From Rhodothermales bacterium (GTDB taxonomy: Bacteria; Bacteroidota; Rhodothermia; Rhodothermales; Bin80): DNA of 64,000 bases. Positions 42,232-52,346 of this stretch are shown piece after piece; within the stretch, counting starts at the first letter, position 1, and each line of letters begins with the position of its first letter. Where the stretch lies: positions 461,276 through 525,275 of the forward strand of contig OZ241385.1 in the NCBI GenBank assembly GCA_965200825.1, written 5' to 3'. The position numbers and the translations under genes were made by a program. The notes under the pieces were generated by a model. That model saw only the letters and a list, made by a program, of their open reading frames with translations. It made no database searches and had not been told where the DNA came from.

Positions 42232-43479
42232 TTAGCTGAGAGATGCAGCAAGTCGTTTTGCAGTATTCAGGAGTACATTTGCTCCCTTAACGCAAGCCTC
42301 CCAAGGAGTAAATTCGCGAGAGGAGTGGCTATATCCCCCTACCGAAGGCACAAAAATCAAACCTGAAGGGGAAAGTAGTGACATGGATTGTGCATCATGT
42401 CCAGCCAGTGATGGCAGGTGCTTAAATGTGATTCCAAGTTTTTCGGAAGATGATTCAAAAATATTGATGATGGAAGGATCCATCTTTTGTGCAGGGACTG
42501 CTTCCAGAAACTGAAAGTCAAGCTCCAGTCCAAATGTGTTGGCAGCAGATTGTGCTTTCTGATGAAGATCTTCCTGTAACATCTCAGCACGCTGAGGATT
42601 TTCACTGCGCAGTTCCATAAATACTGTGACTCGGCCAGCTATAATATTAAAGGCTCCGGGTGAAAAATCCATATGTCCGACTGTAGCGACACAGTCTGGG
42701 TATTTTTCGCTGACTGTCTTTTGAACCCTCAGGCAAAATTCACTGGCTCCCAGCGCAGCATCCTGCCGCTCATTCATAGGAGTAGTTCCTGCGTGATTGG
42801 ATTGTCCTCGAAATGTGACTAGATACATATAAATTCCGACCATCCCGGTCACGATTCCTATATCTGTTTTGCTCTGTTCAAGTCGGGTGCCTTGTTCAAT
42901 GTGGAGTTCAAGATAGGCACGAAGTGTCTTGCTATGTCGAGTGGCAGATAAGATTCCCTCGTTTGTGAGATCAGCCCGTTTCAGTGCTTTCTGAAAAGCT
43001 TCTGGGTTACCTCTTGGGTTATTCAGATCTTGTAGGGTTAGCTGTCCAGAGGCTGCACGGCTCCCAAGAAGTGATATCCAAGTTCCTTCCTCGTCGGTAA
43101 AGTCAATAACTTCCATGGAAGCTTGAGGATAGTGAACACGCAGAATCTGGATCACTTCAAATGCAGAAGCAATTCCAAGAGTGCCATCAAACCGTCCTCC
43201 GTCTGCCACAGAATCAAGATGTGAACCAAGTAAAATCACGGGTTGGGCATGTTCGGGAGAGAAATTACGAGCAGAAAGATTTCCCGCACCATCTTCATGG
43301 ATTTCAAATCCGCGCTCACAGATCATGTTACGGAACGTTTCTCGTGCAGACAGGTGCGCTTCACTGAGGGCAGGTCTGTTTAGTCCGCCATCTTTTGTGG
43401 CTCCGTCTCGAGTTAATCGCTCGAAGTCCTCACGGAATCGTGTTTCGTTGATATGCAAGAGAGGCTCTGAGATTGTCAT
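42232..43479 (-). CDS. M20-family Zn-dependent amidohydrolase (allantoate amidohydrolase / N-carbamoyl-amino-acid hydrolase type)
   Basis: 415 aa. …ILLGSHLDSVADGGRFDGTLG… metal-binding region, …GHMDFSPGAFNIIAG…. Confidence 0.7.
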   Translation of the reverse strand: MTISEPLLHINETRFREDFERLTRDGATKDGGLNRPALSEAHLSARETFRNMICERGFEIHEDGAGNLSARNFSPEHAQPVILLGSHLDSVADGGRFDGTLGIASAFEVIQILRVHYPQASMEVIDFTDEEGTWISLLGSRAASGQLTLQDLNNPRGNPEAFQKALKRADLTNEGILSATRHSKTLRAYLELHIEQGTRLEQSKTDIGIVTGMVGIYMYLVTFRGQSNHAGTTPMNERQDAALGASEFCLRVQKTVSEKYPDCVATVGHMDFSPGAFNIIAGRVTVFMELRSENPQRAEMLQEDLHQKAQSAANTFGLELDFQFLEAVPAQKMDPSIINIFESSSEKLGITFKHLPSLAGHDAQSMSLLSPSGLIFVPSVGGYSHSSREFTPWEACVKGANVLLNTAKRLAASLS

Positions 43480-43524
43480 CTTCTTGGATAGGCTCTTCCA
43501 AAGGAGTATTCACAGGTTTAATAT

Positions 43525-44451
43525 TCAGAGGGGATTGACATCAAGTGCAATATCAATTGCTTGAACGGAATGAGTTAGAAATCCACAGGAGATATAGTCA
43601 ACACCGGTCGCTGCAATGAGAGGAGCTGTTTTTAATGTAATTCCACCAGTTGCTTCCGTCTTTATACGTCCATCAATATGCTTTACGGCTTGAATTAAAG
43701 GAGAGCAGTCAAAGGTACCGTCGGATTGATAGGTAGCCATATTGTCAAGAAGGAGTACATCAATTAGTGCTGCAACCTCCAGAGCCTCATTTACTTCCTG
43801 TATTGTACGGGCTTCAATATCGATCGGATAACCGGGCTTGGTTTTTGCAGCACGTTTAACACATTCAGTGATGTTCCCAACCACTTGAATGTGGTTGTCT
43901 TTAATCAAAATTCGATCATATAGTCCAATACGATGATTAGAGCCACCTCCGATACGTACAGCCCATTTATCCAGAACTCGCAGTCCTGGTACGGTCTTAC
44001 GGGTATCACGGATACGTACAGAAAACTCTTTGACGCTGGCTACCATCTTGGCTGTTGCAGTGGCAATCCCGCTCATTCGTTGCAGTAGATTCAAAGCCAG
44101 ACGCTCTGCGGTCAGAATTGATTGTAAAGGGCCGGAAATAGTACCTATAGTTGTATCTGCCGCTACTGATTTTCCGTCATTGTATGACCAGTGGCATTTG
44201 ATCACGGGATCTACGAGGTGAAAGGTATCTCTGGCAAGTGTCAGTCCTGCAATCACGCCTTTTTCCCGCATAACGAGAGTTGCCTGCCCTTGGATATCAG
44301 GGGACAAAAGTGTTTGTGATGTAATGTCCCCAAGTCCGACATCTTCTTCCAAAGCATCTTTGAGGATGTGATGCAAGTGCTCGGATGAAAGATAATGGGG
44401 GAGCTGTTCATATGAAGACATGCGTTCAATCAGCAACGCTGTATTCACCAA
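43525..44451 (-). CDS. nadC: Nicotinate-nucleotide pyrophosphorylase (carboxylating), quinolinate phosphoribosyltransferase
   Basis: …GLGDITSQ…, …[22 protein letters not shown]…, TIM-barrel QPRTase layout. About 300 aa. Confidence 0.85.
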   Translation of the reverse strand: MVNTALLIERMSSYEQLPHYLSSEHLHHILKDALEEDVGLGDITSQTLLSPDIQGQATLVMREKGVIAGLTLARDTFHLVDPVIKCHWSYNDGKSVAADTTIGTISGPLQSILTAERLALNLLQRMSGIATATAKMVASVKEFSVRIRDTRKTVPGLRVLDKWAVRIGGGSNHRIGLYDRILIKDNHIQVVGNITECVKRAAKTKPGYPIDIEARTIQEVNEALEVAALIDVLLLDNMATYQSDGTFDCSPLIQAVKHIDGRIKTEATGGITLKTAPLIAATGVDYISCGFLTHSVQAIDIALDVNPL

Positions 44452-45418
44452 TCCGGTCCAATCGTTTCAAGCGTTGACGAAGCAAATCTTCAGTAGACAA
44501 TTTAGCCAGATTTTTCAGCGAATCACAGACAGCCTCCCCAACGAGATCATAGGTCGTAGAGGGATCTTGGTGTGCACCACCCAATGGCTCTTTGACGATC
44601 TGGTCAACAATGCCTACATCAATCAGATCAGGTGCGGTCAGCTTCAATGCACGTGCAGCTTCCTCTTTATAGTCCCATGATCTCCAGAGGATTGAAGAGC
44701 AGCTTTCGGGAGAGATCACAGAATACCAGGCATTTTCGAGCATAAGCATTTGATCTCCAACTCCAATCCCGAGTGCACCGCCGGATGCTCCTTCACCAAT
44801 TACAACTACTACAATTGGAACCGGAAGTCGTGCCATAACAAACAGGTTACGGGCAATCGCTTCCGCTTGGCCACGCTCCTCTGCATCCATGCCGGGGTAC
44901 GCTCCGGGAGTATCCAGGAGGCAAATAATGGGTTTTCCAAATTTTGCTGCAAGCTCCATATGTCGTCGTGCCTTGCGGTATCCCTCTGGGTTAGGCATCC
45001 CAAAACGTCTATACCGACGTTGTTTTGTATCACGGCCTTTTTGATGCCCAATCATCAATACCGTATGATTTTTGTACCCATACTCCGCGCCATTCAGAGT
45101 TGCGAAGCCGCTGACGATAGCCGGATCATCTCCGAAGCATCGGTCGCCATGTAGTTCCACAAATCCTTTCGTCAGTGCACCAATGTAATCGTTCGTATAG
45201 GGTCTGAGTGGATGCCTTGCGATCTGTACTCGTTGCCAGCGAGTCAGATTGCCGTAGATGGAATTTCTGAGTTCTTCAATGCGAGTGGAAAGTGCTTCAA
45301 TGTCGGGGGACAGATCGATGCCATCCGCATCAAGTTTCCGTAGATCATCAAGCTTCTCTTCCAGCTCAAAAATCGGCTTTTCGAAATCCAATAGAAATTT
45401 GGTGGATTTATTGATCAT
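44426..45418 (-). CDS. accA: Acetyl-CoA carboxylase carboxyltransferase alpha subunit
   Basis: 330 aa. …[12 protein letters not shown]…, …GDDPAIVSG…, [15 protein letters not shown]. Confidence 0.9.
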   Translation of the reverse strand: MINKSTKFLLDFEKPIFELEEKLDDLRKLDADGIDLSPDIEALSTRIEELRNSIYGNLTRWQRVQIARHPLRPYTNDYIGALTKGFVELHGDRCFGDDPAIVSGFATLNGAEYGYKNHTVLMIGHQKGRDTKQRRYRRFGMPNPEGYRKARRHMELAAKFGKPIICLLDTPGAYPGMDAEERGQAEAIARNLFVMARLPVPIVVVVIGEGASGGALGIGVGDQMLMLENAWYSVISPESCSSILWRSWDYKEEAARALKLTAPDLIDVGIVDQIVKEPLGGAHQDPSTTYDLVGEAVCDSLKNLAKLSTEDLLRQRLKRLDRIGEYSVAD

Positions 45419-45491
45419 GATTCGTTTCAGAGAGGGAGCGAGTCAACAAGTCTGATGCCCGGCGGTTCCTGTGGAGGATCGCATTGCGAAC

Positions 45492-47318
45492 TCATGAATC
45501 TCCCACACTCAAACTGCAATTACTCTGTATATCTTCTACAGCTTTTCGTTCATCGTAGTCCATGGTTAATCTCCATGTATCCTTGAGTGCAACCCAGCGC
45601 TTAACATAAATGCAGTGGTAGGTTGTGTTCGGTGGGAGCCAATTTGCAGGATCTCGACTTCCCTTGGATCGGTTCATACTGGCGGAGACTGGAATCAGCA
45701 ACCCACCTTTGCTGAGGTCATTTCCAAAAGAATAACGTGTACTATCATCCCATTTTGCTGCACCACTACGATGTGCCTCTGCAAGCGGTATGAAGTGATC
45801 AATATCTATTGCACCCGGATCGGTTATGAGTGTATCCAGGTATGGATCGAGCCACTTGCCAGCAAGAACGATGCATTGAGTTTCATCGAGGGTTGGGTCA
45901 ACGAGGCTCTCGGCGATCAGGACTTCATGTCGTGTATTCTGGCAATCACTGTCCGCATCTAGCCAACCTCCATATAGATTTCGATGATAGGGCAGAGGTG
46001 AAGTGCGAACAGAAGATGTGTCTGGTGAATTTGTGAGGAGGTCTGTAGAGTCTACAGTGACACTGGGTGCATCTGCACAAAACCCAGATTCCTGAAAATT
46101 CGAAAGTGTTTCAGGAGGAATCTCTCTCACATCAAGGAGTTCGTCCAGTGTTGTAAACGATCCATGTTGGCTTCGATACCCAATGATCGCCTGTGCTCTG
46201 ACGGGGCCAATCCCATGCACACGTTGAAGAGTTGAAGCATCCGCGGTATTGATGTTTTCACAGGCGGTTTCGGATAGAATGGAATCATCTAAAGTAACGT
46301 GCGAATGATGATCTGGGTATTCACCTGTGCTATTGGATACATGGATGCAAAAATTTGCCCTTCGAAAATTCTCAAGCGTAGCTTTTCCGATCCCTCTGAC
46401 TTGAATCAAGTCATCCAGCGATTCAAAGAATCCGTGTTGCTCACGATAGTCAATGATAGTTTGTGCTTTCGTGGGGCCAATTCCTTGAATACGTTGAAGA
46501 GTTGCAGCATTCGCAGAATTGATGTCGGTACAATTTTGATCTAAAGTGGCCGAAATATTGGCAGGCGTCTGAGATTGGGTCTCCGAGTTTCTATTTGTTG
46601 TGCTGGCCTTCTCCCGTGCTACACAGAAGCCTGCATCCCGGAAATTTTTAACAGTGGCTGGGCCGATGCCTTTCACCTGTGCCAAATCGTCTAAGGACTG
46701 AAATGGCCCGTTTTGATTGCGATAGTCTATGATAGCTTGTGCTTTGGATGCACCGATTCTATTTACTCGCTGAAGATCCGAAGCATTGGCTGTATTAATG
46801 TCGTTGTCACAGTCAGTTTCAGGAACTATTGGACCATCTGCAGGCGGGGGCGAGGGATCGTTTTTGGGTTCATTTGTTTGGGTTTTATCCTGCACACAGA
46901 AGCCAGCTTTGCGGAAATTCTCAACGGTGGCAGGCCCAATGCCTTTAACTTGTGCCAAATCGTCCAAGGACTGAAATGGTCCGTTTTGATTACGGTAGTC
47001 AATGATTGCCTGTGCTTTGGCACGTCCGATCCCTTTGACTCGTTGGAGCACTGCTGTATTTGCTGTGTTTATGTCTTCGCAGTTGCTGGCAGTTTGGATT
47101 CGTGTTATATCGTGATCAGTCGTCCAGTCTGTTTCAGGAGCATCTTTCTCAAGGTTGTCACCAAGTAAAACAGCAGTTAAGGAAGCGTTTCTTGCCATTG
47201 AGGTTGCGGGCCCCGAAAATATTGGCAAAATCAGAAAGAGGAGAAAAGAGAAGGAAATCAGAGTTAGTGATGCCAGTATAGATTGGTTTATGGGAGAGTA
47301 CAACTTGGCTTGATTCAT
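45492..47318 (-). CDS. Secreted protein: four tandem ComEA-like helix-hairpin-helix DNA-binding repeats fused to a C-terminal DUF1524 (His-Me finger/HNH-like) nuclease domain
   Basis: Signal peptide. Four ~95-aa repeats each carrying …INTA.A..LQRV.GIG..KAQAII.YR.Q.GPF.SLDDL.QV.GIG.AT…NFR.AGFC…. C-terminus DIDHFIPLAEAHRSGAAKW…FGNDLSKGGLLIPVSASMNRSKGSRDPANWLPP matches the DUF1524 core. Confidence 0.65.
   Translation of the reverse strand: MNQAKLYSPINQSILASLTLISFSFLLFLILPIFSGPATSMARNASLTAVLLGDNLEKDAPETDWTTDHDITRIQTASNCEDINTANTAVLQRVKGIGRAKAQAIIDYRNQNGPFQSLDDLAQVKGIGPATVENFRKAGFCVQDKTQTNEPKNDPSPPPADGPIVPETDCDNDINTANASDLQRVNRIGASKAQAIIDYRNQNGPFQSLDDLAQVKGIGPATVKNFRDAGFCVAREKASTTNRNSETQSQTPANISATLDQNCTDINSANAATLQRIQGIGPTKAQTIIDYREQHGFFESLDDLIQVRGIGKATLENFRRANFCIHVSNSTGEYPDHHSHVTLDDSILSETACENINTADASTLQRVHGIGPVRAQAIIGYRSQHGSFTTLDELLDVREIPPETLSNFQESGFCADAPSVTVDSTDLLTNSPDTSSVRTSPLPYHRNLYGGWLDADSDCQNTRHEVLIAESLVDPTLDETQCIVLAGKWLDPYLDTLITDPGAIDIDHFIPLAEAHRSGAAKWDDSTRYSFGNDLSKGGLLIPVSASMNRSKGSRDPANWLPPNTTYHCIYVKRWVALKDTWRLTMDYDERKAVEDIQSNCSLSVGDS
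45998..47078 (-). repeat. Four tandem ~290-bp coding repeats (ComEA HhH modules) inside 45492..47318
   Basis: Protein-level near-identical repeats, and the same is visible at DNA level (for example the …ttggcacaggtgaaaggcatcggcccagccactgtt… variants). Confidence 0.6.
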
Positions 47319-47427
47319 GAGAAGGTTTATTGTGAATTTTGCTGATTCCTCAATGTCAAAATAGTTTGATTAGGGAGAGATGGCCATGATCAGCAGCAGA
47401 ATAGACGAAGGTGGTAAGTAGAACTTC

Positions 47428-47736
47428 TTAACTCAGCACCACATATTTCTCCTTAATTCGTTCCTTGAATGCCTGTGGCAGATCATTCCAGACAAATAGA
47501 TCAACCCGAAACAATAGATCACTTTCTTCAAATGCTTCTTGTAGGTCATGAACGAGATGTTGTTGCTCGGGCGATGCAAAAACTACGAGGTCCAGATCTG
47601 ATGTGGGGCTGGATGTCCATTTTACACGGGATCCATATACCCAAGCAGGTATACCTGGAAGATGTTGATCAAGTAGTTCTCGAATAGTCGAGTATTCGTC
47701 AGTACTAATGTCGATAGTTTGATCAATTAGTTCCAT
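47428..47736 (-). CDS. Minimal nucleotidyltransferase (MNT) of a HEPN/MNT pair
   Basis: 102 aa. GSRVKWTSSPTSDLDLVVF (GS…D.D nucleotidyltransferase motif). Confidence 0.7.
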   Translation of the reverse strand: MELIDQTIDISTDEYSTIRELLDQHLPGIPAWVYGSRVKWTSSPTSDLDLVVFASPEQQHLVHDLQEAFEESDLLFRVDLFVWNDLPQAFKERIKEKYVVLS

Positions 47737-48143
47737 GGTTCTCCGGTCAATGTTTCGTAGAGATGAATGGCATCGACGATAAAATCAGGTATAAGTGAAA
47801 TGCAGTCCTGAGCCTTTTCGCCGTCGTAGTCGTGAGATGTATTAATCCGGGCATTTGCGTAACGAAACCATTGCGCCAAGGATCCAGATAGTAGAGTATT
47901 TTCGTTAGCAAGCCTCAAGACAGGTTTAGGACTGCTTGGGATCGTAGCAATCCCAAGCTCTTCAGTCATATACCTCTTCATCACCTTCCAGAGACATTCG
48001 TAGCAAACTTCAAAGCGCTGTATGATTGATTCTGCGACTGCCTCTTGGTCAAGGATCGGGGACGTCGGGGGCTTGTGCAAATAATTTTCATATTGTTCCT
48101 CCAGACGTTTGAGGGATAGGCGAAATTTAGTGTAGTCAATCAT
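47727..48143 (-). CDS. HEPN domain protein (HI0074-type nucleotidyltransferase substrate-binding protein)
   Basis: 138 aa. C-terminal R-x4-H motif RINTSH in RYANARINTSHDYD. 10-bp overlap with the MNT gene. Confidence 0.65.
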   Translation of the reverse strand: MIDYTKFRLSLKRLEEQYENYLHKPPTSPILDQEAVAESIIQRFEVCYECLWKVMKRYMTEELGIATIPSSPKPVLRLANENTLLSGSLAQWFRYANARINTSHDYDGEKAQDCISLIPDFIVDAIHLYETLTGEPWN

Positions 48144-48456
48144 GAAAAGTCACAGAATGATTTCTTCTGGAGTTGAGATATTTTCATTGGAATATAATCG
48201 AAGGCTTCTCAGCCATTTATGTGAAAATTTAAATTTTCAGATTCTGGGATCCACATCACGAGACTACCAACGCATAGGAAGACGGGAAAATCTCTTCCAC
48301 TTCCACAAGAAGTTTTTGAAAACTCCCCGAATTTATGACTCATCTCACAACCAAAAGCTGTAGCTCCGAATGTAATTTGATGCAACATTTCGTGGCATTA
48401 AGTTTACGAATCCTTTCAATCAAGAAGGATGCTCAATGAGCAGTACAGTATAGTGC

Positions 48457-50490
48457 TCAAGTTGATCCACGTAGCGCTCGCGCGGCGATCATCCAATCCA
48501 TTGCAGCGGATTGATTTCGCACATAATACCAGTATGCGTGCTCAATTTCTTCCGGTGGACGCTTAAGACGAGGTCCTAACATTTCACTGACCGCAAATAC
48601 TCCTGATCGGAGTTGCCATTCCGGATCGGGAATAAAATCTCCTTCTTCGTCAAAACCAATCAGCGATCGCTTTCCAAGCAGAACAGTACGCCACTGTCGG
48701 GTGCGTTCACTCCTGCGTGCCCACCTAGACTGGGGGCCTGCCAATTTAGAAATCAGTAAAATGACTGGATGAATGATAGCTCCAATCAGTGCGGCAATCA
48801 TATCAGATACGCGACGGGCAGCAGTAGATCTTAATGTTCCAATCACTTCTTCAGCATCCAGAAGTGTGCGTTCTCCCAAGTTTTCAATGGACGACTTTCC
48901 AATGAGATGATCCTGGCGTTCAGCCAGAATATAAGTCTGCATAGGAATTCCCAAGAGCTTTTGCATGAGCACAAAAATTTCTTTATTGGTCAAAGTGGCG
49001 GATGCAAAAATTACAGTTTCGATGTTATGGATACGTACAATATCACGTAATTGATCGTAGTTGCCCAATCGGGTAAGCGTTGAGTGCACATTATTTTTTT
49101 GCTCCTGTGTTACAATTCCCACAAGAACATATTGTGATAGATATTGCGAAGCAAGAATATTCGCATCGAGAAGATTTCCCACGACAATAGTCCTCCGCCC
49201 AAGTCGCTTGCGAGTTTTTGGAATTAGTCGTACGGCAGAGAGGAACAGTAGACAGGCAGGCAGGCAAGCAAGCACGACCATCCGCGAAAATGCTATTTGC
49301 TTAATGAAGAATGAAAGTGCTGCAAGTACAATCACAGAAACGAAAGATCCCAGCACAACAAGTCCCAAGCGAGGGCCTCTTCCCCGATACCCCCCCCAAG
49401 CAGCGATGACTCCGGTAACAATTAGTGCAAAAAGTGGAGATAATCCCCAATAGAATATAGGGGGGAATTGCAATCCAGATTGAAAAGATCTCAGAAATCC
49501 TAAAGAAGTAATAATTCCAAAGCAGATCATTAAATCATATGCGGCCGCATGGCGCAGCATATTTCCCAGTACAGTGAGTGATCCGCGAACAATCACAGCT
49601 AGGTGTAAAATCCACAGAAAGATTTTAGGGTAATCTTCACTCAAATGCTTTTGTGCGAAGCGAGTCATTGCGCCATAGAAGAGGCGCACATATTTAAAAT
49701 CCCCTTTCTTGGTACTTTCACCTTTATAGTGGATGATCTGAGTTTCCGGGGTATAGTAAATAGTCCAGCCAGCATTCTGGATTCGATAACACAAATCGAG
49801 ATCCTCTCCATACATAAAGAAATCTTCGTCAAAAAGCCCCGATCCACCACGGCCTGGGGGGGCATCGGGGGAGATGAGGGCTGATTTTCGCAAAAACATG
49901 CAGGACCCACTCAGAGCATCCACGGTGGCGATCTGATCCTCGGGCAGAAATGTAAGGTTGTATTTACCGAAAATCCGACTCCGTGGAAATATTCGACTCA
50001 ATCCGGTCATTCGGTAAAATGCAATTATTGGCGTAGGAAATGAACGGCGACTCTCCAAGGCAAATGTTCCATCGGGGTTCAGAATACGGCATCCTACTGC
50101 TCCGGCATCCGGGTGAGATTCCATGAAGTCAATCAATACCTTGATTGTATCTTCTTCAACAATAGTGTCGGGGTTCAGAATGAAGATGAATTCTCCATTT
50201 GCTACGCGTATACCTTGGTTGTTGGCCACGGAGAATCCATTATTTTCGTGATTGACAATCAATGTGATGTGAGGGAATTCCTCAACCAGCATACTCACTG
50301 AGCCATCCACTGAGTTATTGTCCACGACAATTACTTCAGATGAAATATTGATAAGGGATCGTTCAATGCTCCGAAGAGCCTGCCGAAGAAGGTCTCTCAC
50401 ATTATAATTAACAATGATCACCGATACCTTGACGGGTTCGGGTGATTTACCTAGGGGAGTCTGTGTGATTGTTAGGTGGTTGTCACTCAT
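48457..50490 (-). CDS. Family 2 glycosyltransferase fused to a C-terminal multi-TM/soluble extension
   Basis: N-terminal VSVIIVNYNVRD…VVDNNSVDGS… (GT-A, DxD-like VDNNS), then several TM helices and a ~250-aa uncharacterised C-terminal region. 677 aa. Confidence 0.7.
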   Translation of the reverse strand: MSDNHLTITQTPLGKSPEPVKVSVIIVNYNVRDLLRQALRSIERSLINISSEVIVVDNNSVDGSVSMLVEEFPHITLIVNHENNGFSVANNQGIRVANGEFIFILNPDTIVEEDTIKVLIDFMESHPDAGAVGCRILNPDGTFALESRRSFPTPIIAFYRMTGLSRIFPRSRIFGKYNLTFLPEDQIATVDALSGSCMFLRKSALISPDAPPGRGGSGLFDEDFFMYGEDLDLCYRIQNAGWTIYYTPETQIIHYKGESTKKGDFKYVRLFYGAMTRFAQKHLSEDYPKIFLWILHLAVIVRGSLTVLGNMLRHAAAYDLMICFGIITSLGFLRSFQSGLQFPPIFYWGLSPLFALIVTGVIAAWGGYRGRGPRLGLVVLGSFVSVIVLAALSFFIKQIAFSRMVVLACLPACLLFLSAVRLIPKTRKRLGRRTIVVGNLLDANILASQYLSQYVLVGIVTQEQKNNVHSTLTRLGNYDQLRDIVRIHNIETVIFASATLTNKEIFVLMQKLLGIPMQTYILAERQDHLIGKSSIENLGERTLLDAEEVIGTLRSTAARRVSDMIAALIGAIIHPVILLISKLAGPQSRWARRSERTRQWRTVLLGKRSLIGFDEEGDFIPDPEWQLRSGVFAVSEMLGPRLKRPPEEIEHAYWYYVRNQSAAMDWMIAARALRGST

Positions 50491-50569
50491 GCCCTCCGAA
50501 ATCCATTTCTCGCAGTTTAAGCTTAGATGCTAAACATACTCTGTACTTTCATGCTATACTCAAGTCTAC

Positions 50570-50835
50570 CTTAGAGCTATGAGCAAAAATTGATTGATAA
50601 AGCGAGAAAAAACGTTCTGTTTTAGCTCCAAAATAAGGAGCAAAACCTCTGGATTTTGCATCTTCGGGGCATCAAAATTCTAAAAGAAAAACGGAGTTTT
50701 TCATGTCCCTTAAAAAGAAGATAAAAGAGTTTTATATCAGTTGCCAACAGGAATTGTTTCCCTGGCTGGAACGGTAGCCTAGTTTACTTCCCAAGCAGTA
50801 CGAGAAGCTGATACTGATCTTTGAAATTCTCCTGG
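50570..50835 (+). mobile_element. Diverged partial copy of the same IS family as 8096..9723: left inverted repeat, leader and the first ~24 transposase codons, then decaying
   Basis: 50703-50776 encodes MSLKKKIKEFYISCQQELFPWLER*, versus MSLKKKIRGFYISCQQELFPWLERQ in the intact copy. The upstream leader aligns (…aaaataaggagcaaaacctctggattttgc… vs …aaaataagggacggaatcctccagatttcg…), and the IR-like end ccttagagctatgagcaaaa compares with ctatagagcctcttgcaaaa. Confidence 0.7.
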
Positions 50836-51207
50836 CCCGTCACCTGCTTGACCAACAATTTTGAGCATATTTCCGTTTGCATCGAAAACATATACTTTGG
50901 GATCTTGTCTTTCGCCTATGAAAATCCTTCCATCTTTGTCAACAGCTACAAGATCTTCAATGTCACCAAAAAGAATCGTATCTCCTCTGGATTCATTACC
51001 CAAACGAAACAATTCAGTGAGTTCAAGTCTATGTGGTACAGATTCTCCTGCTTTTTTCTCATCGTTTGCAGTACAGGCCGACAGGCAAGAAACGAGAATG
51101 ATAAAGCAAGTTAGAATTTTGCAAAATGTCGCAAAATGAATTGAGGGATATAATGTTGACGCTTGGGTATGTTGTTCACTTGCTCCTATTTGTTGTGATC
51201 GACTCAT
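50779..51207 (-). pseudogene. 3'-truncated lipoprotein gene (NHL/beta-propeller-like start) abutting the IS fragment
   Basis: Lipobox LVSCLSAC, then …GQAGDGPGEFQ (NHL-type motif). The last ~15 codons are encoded by IS-derived sequence. Only 142 aa where a propeller protein would be 300 or more. Confidence 0.45.
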
Positions 51208-51636
51208 CTCATTGATGTACAGATCCTCGCCGTTATAATTTGTACATTATCTCAATGATGTTCCTAACAGCAGGGATAATACATCTATTCTAGGCATAGG
51301 AAAATGGCCTAGAGCAATGTCTAAATCGCTGTGATACAGAGCGGACTCATAATCCTAGTGAGGTAAGTAGGAGATATCCGCGTAGGGAGCACTGATAGTA
51401 AGGTTATATCTCGAAGCCGGGGAATGAAACAACTCAATCTAAGGCGCAGTTCCAACTCTTTGGCTCAGGTCCACTCAATCACAAATAGATAGAACAATAT
51501 CTGAGTTCCAGATCAATCACCGAGGAGTTGATAGTTGGCAGGGCAAGTAATTTCAAGAGTGAAATTTGATATGATCCAAGCAAGAAAATAACCATAAGTT
51601 TTCGTTGTTTCCCGTTTTTCACATTAGCTTATTTTC

Positions 51637-51927
51637 ATGACGAACAATAATTCTGCTGTACTACACGCTGAAAGCGAAGCTACAAGCTATTCGGTTGCTG
51701 CTTGGTTTTTCATAGGATTCCTCTTAGGGGTTTTTGGCTTGCTAATTGTATATCTACGCTCGCCTAAGGCACCGGCGACTTTATTAGCGAACTATGCGGG
51801 TGATGATCGCTACCTTTTCGAGAAAGCATACATTGAGACTCTCAAAGCTAGGCAAGTCAAAACTACTTGGATAGGATGCATTCCTGGCTTTATAGTTTCT
51901 ATAATACTGTTATCTTCAGGGGTATAA
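51637..51927 (+). CDS. Small hypothetical membrane protein (2 TM)
   Basis: 96 aa, two hydrophobic helices, flanked by >400-bp AT-rich intergenic regions. Coding status uncertain. Confidence 0.3.
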   Translation: MTNNNSAVLHAESEATSYSVAAWFFIGFLLGVFGLLIVYLRSPKAPATLLANYAGDDRYLFEKAYIETLKARQVKTTWIGCIPGFIVSIILLSSGV

Positions 51928-52346
51928 AAACTCTCTCCTGATTGAATACACGGAGAATAGTGCAATGATACGATTTAGAGATTGTATAAGAGTATGAGGT
52001 TTTTTGGAATTCGTTTAAAAGAAAGGTTTCACGCACATTCCCTGCTAATCTTCAAAAATCGCGAAATTTTTGAAGGGCATGTTCTACATCATCTGCGGTT
52101 CATCGGATAAACAATAACGGGGTTCCCCTATTTATATAATGTGATCGTCCGCTTTTTGCAGATTTCAAAGATCGAGGAGAAAGCATCTATTCAATTGCCA
52201 AACTCGTTTATGAGAGCCCCATTGTATCTATCTGGGCTCTGGAGTCCCATCGGGCATAAAGGCCGGGTTGCTAACCTCGTTTAAAATCTAAAAATCCAAG
52301 ATGATCATTCTTCTGTACTGATATCCTCAAGATTTGGAATAGGATT

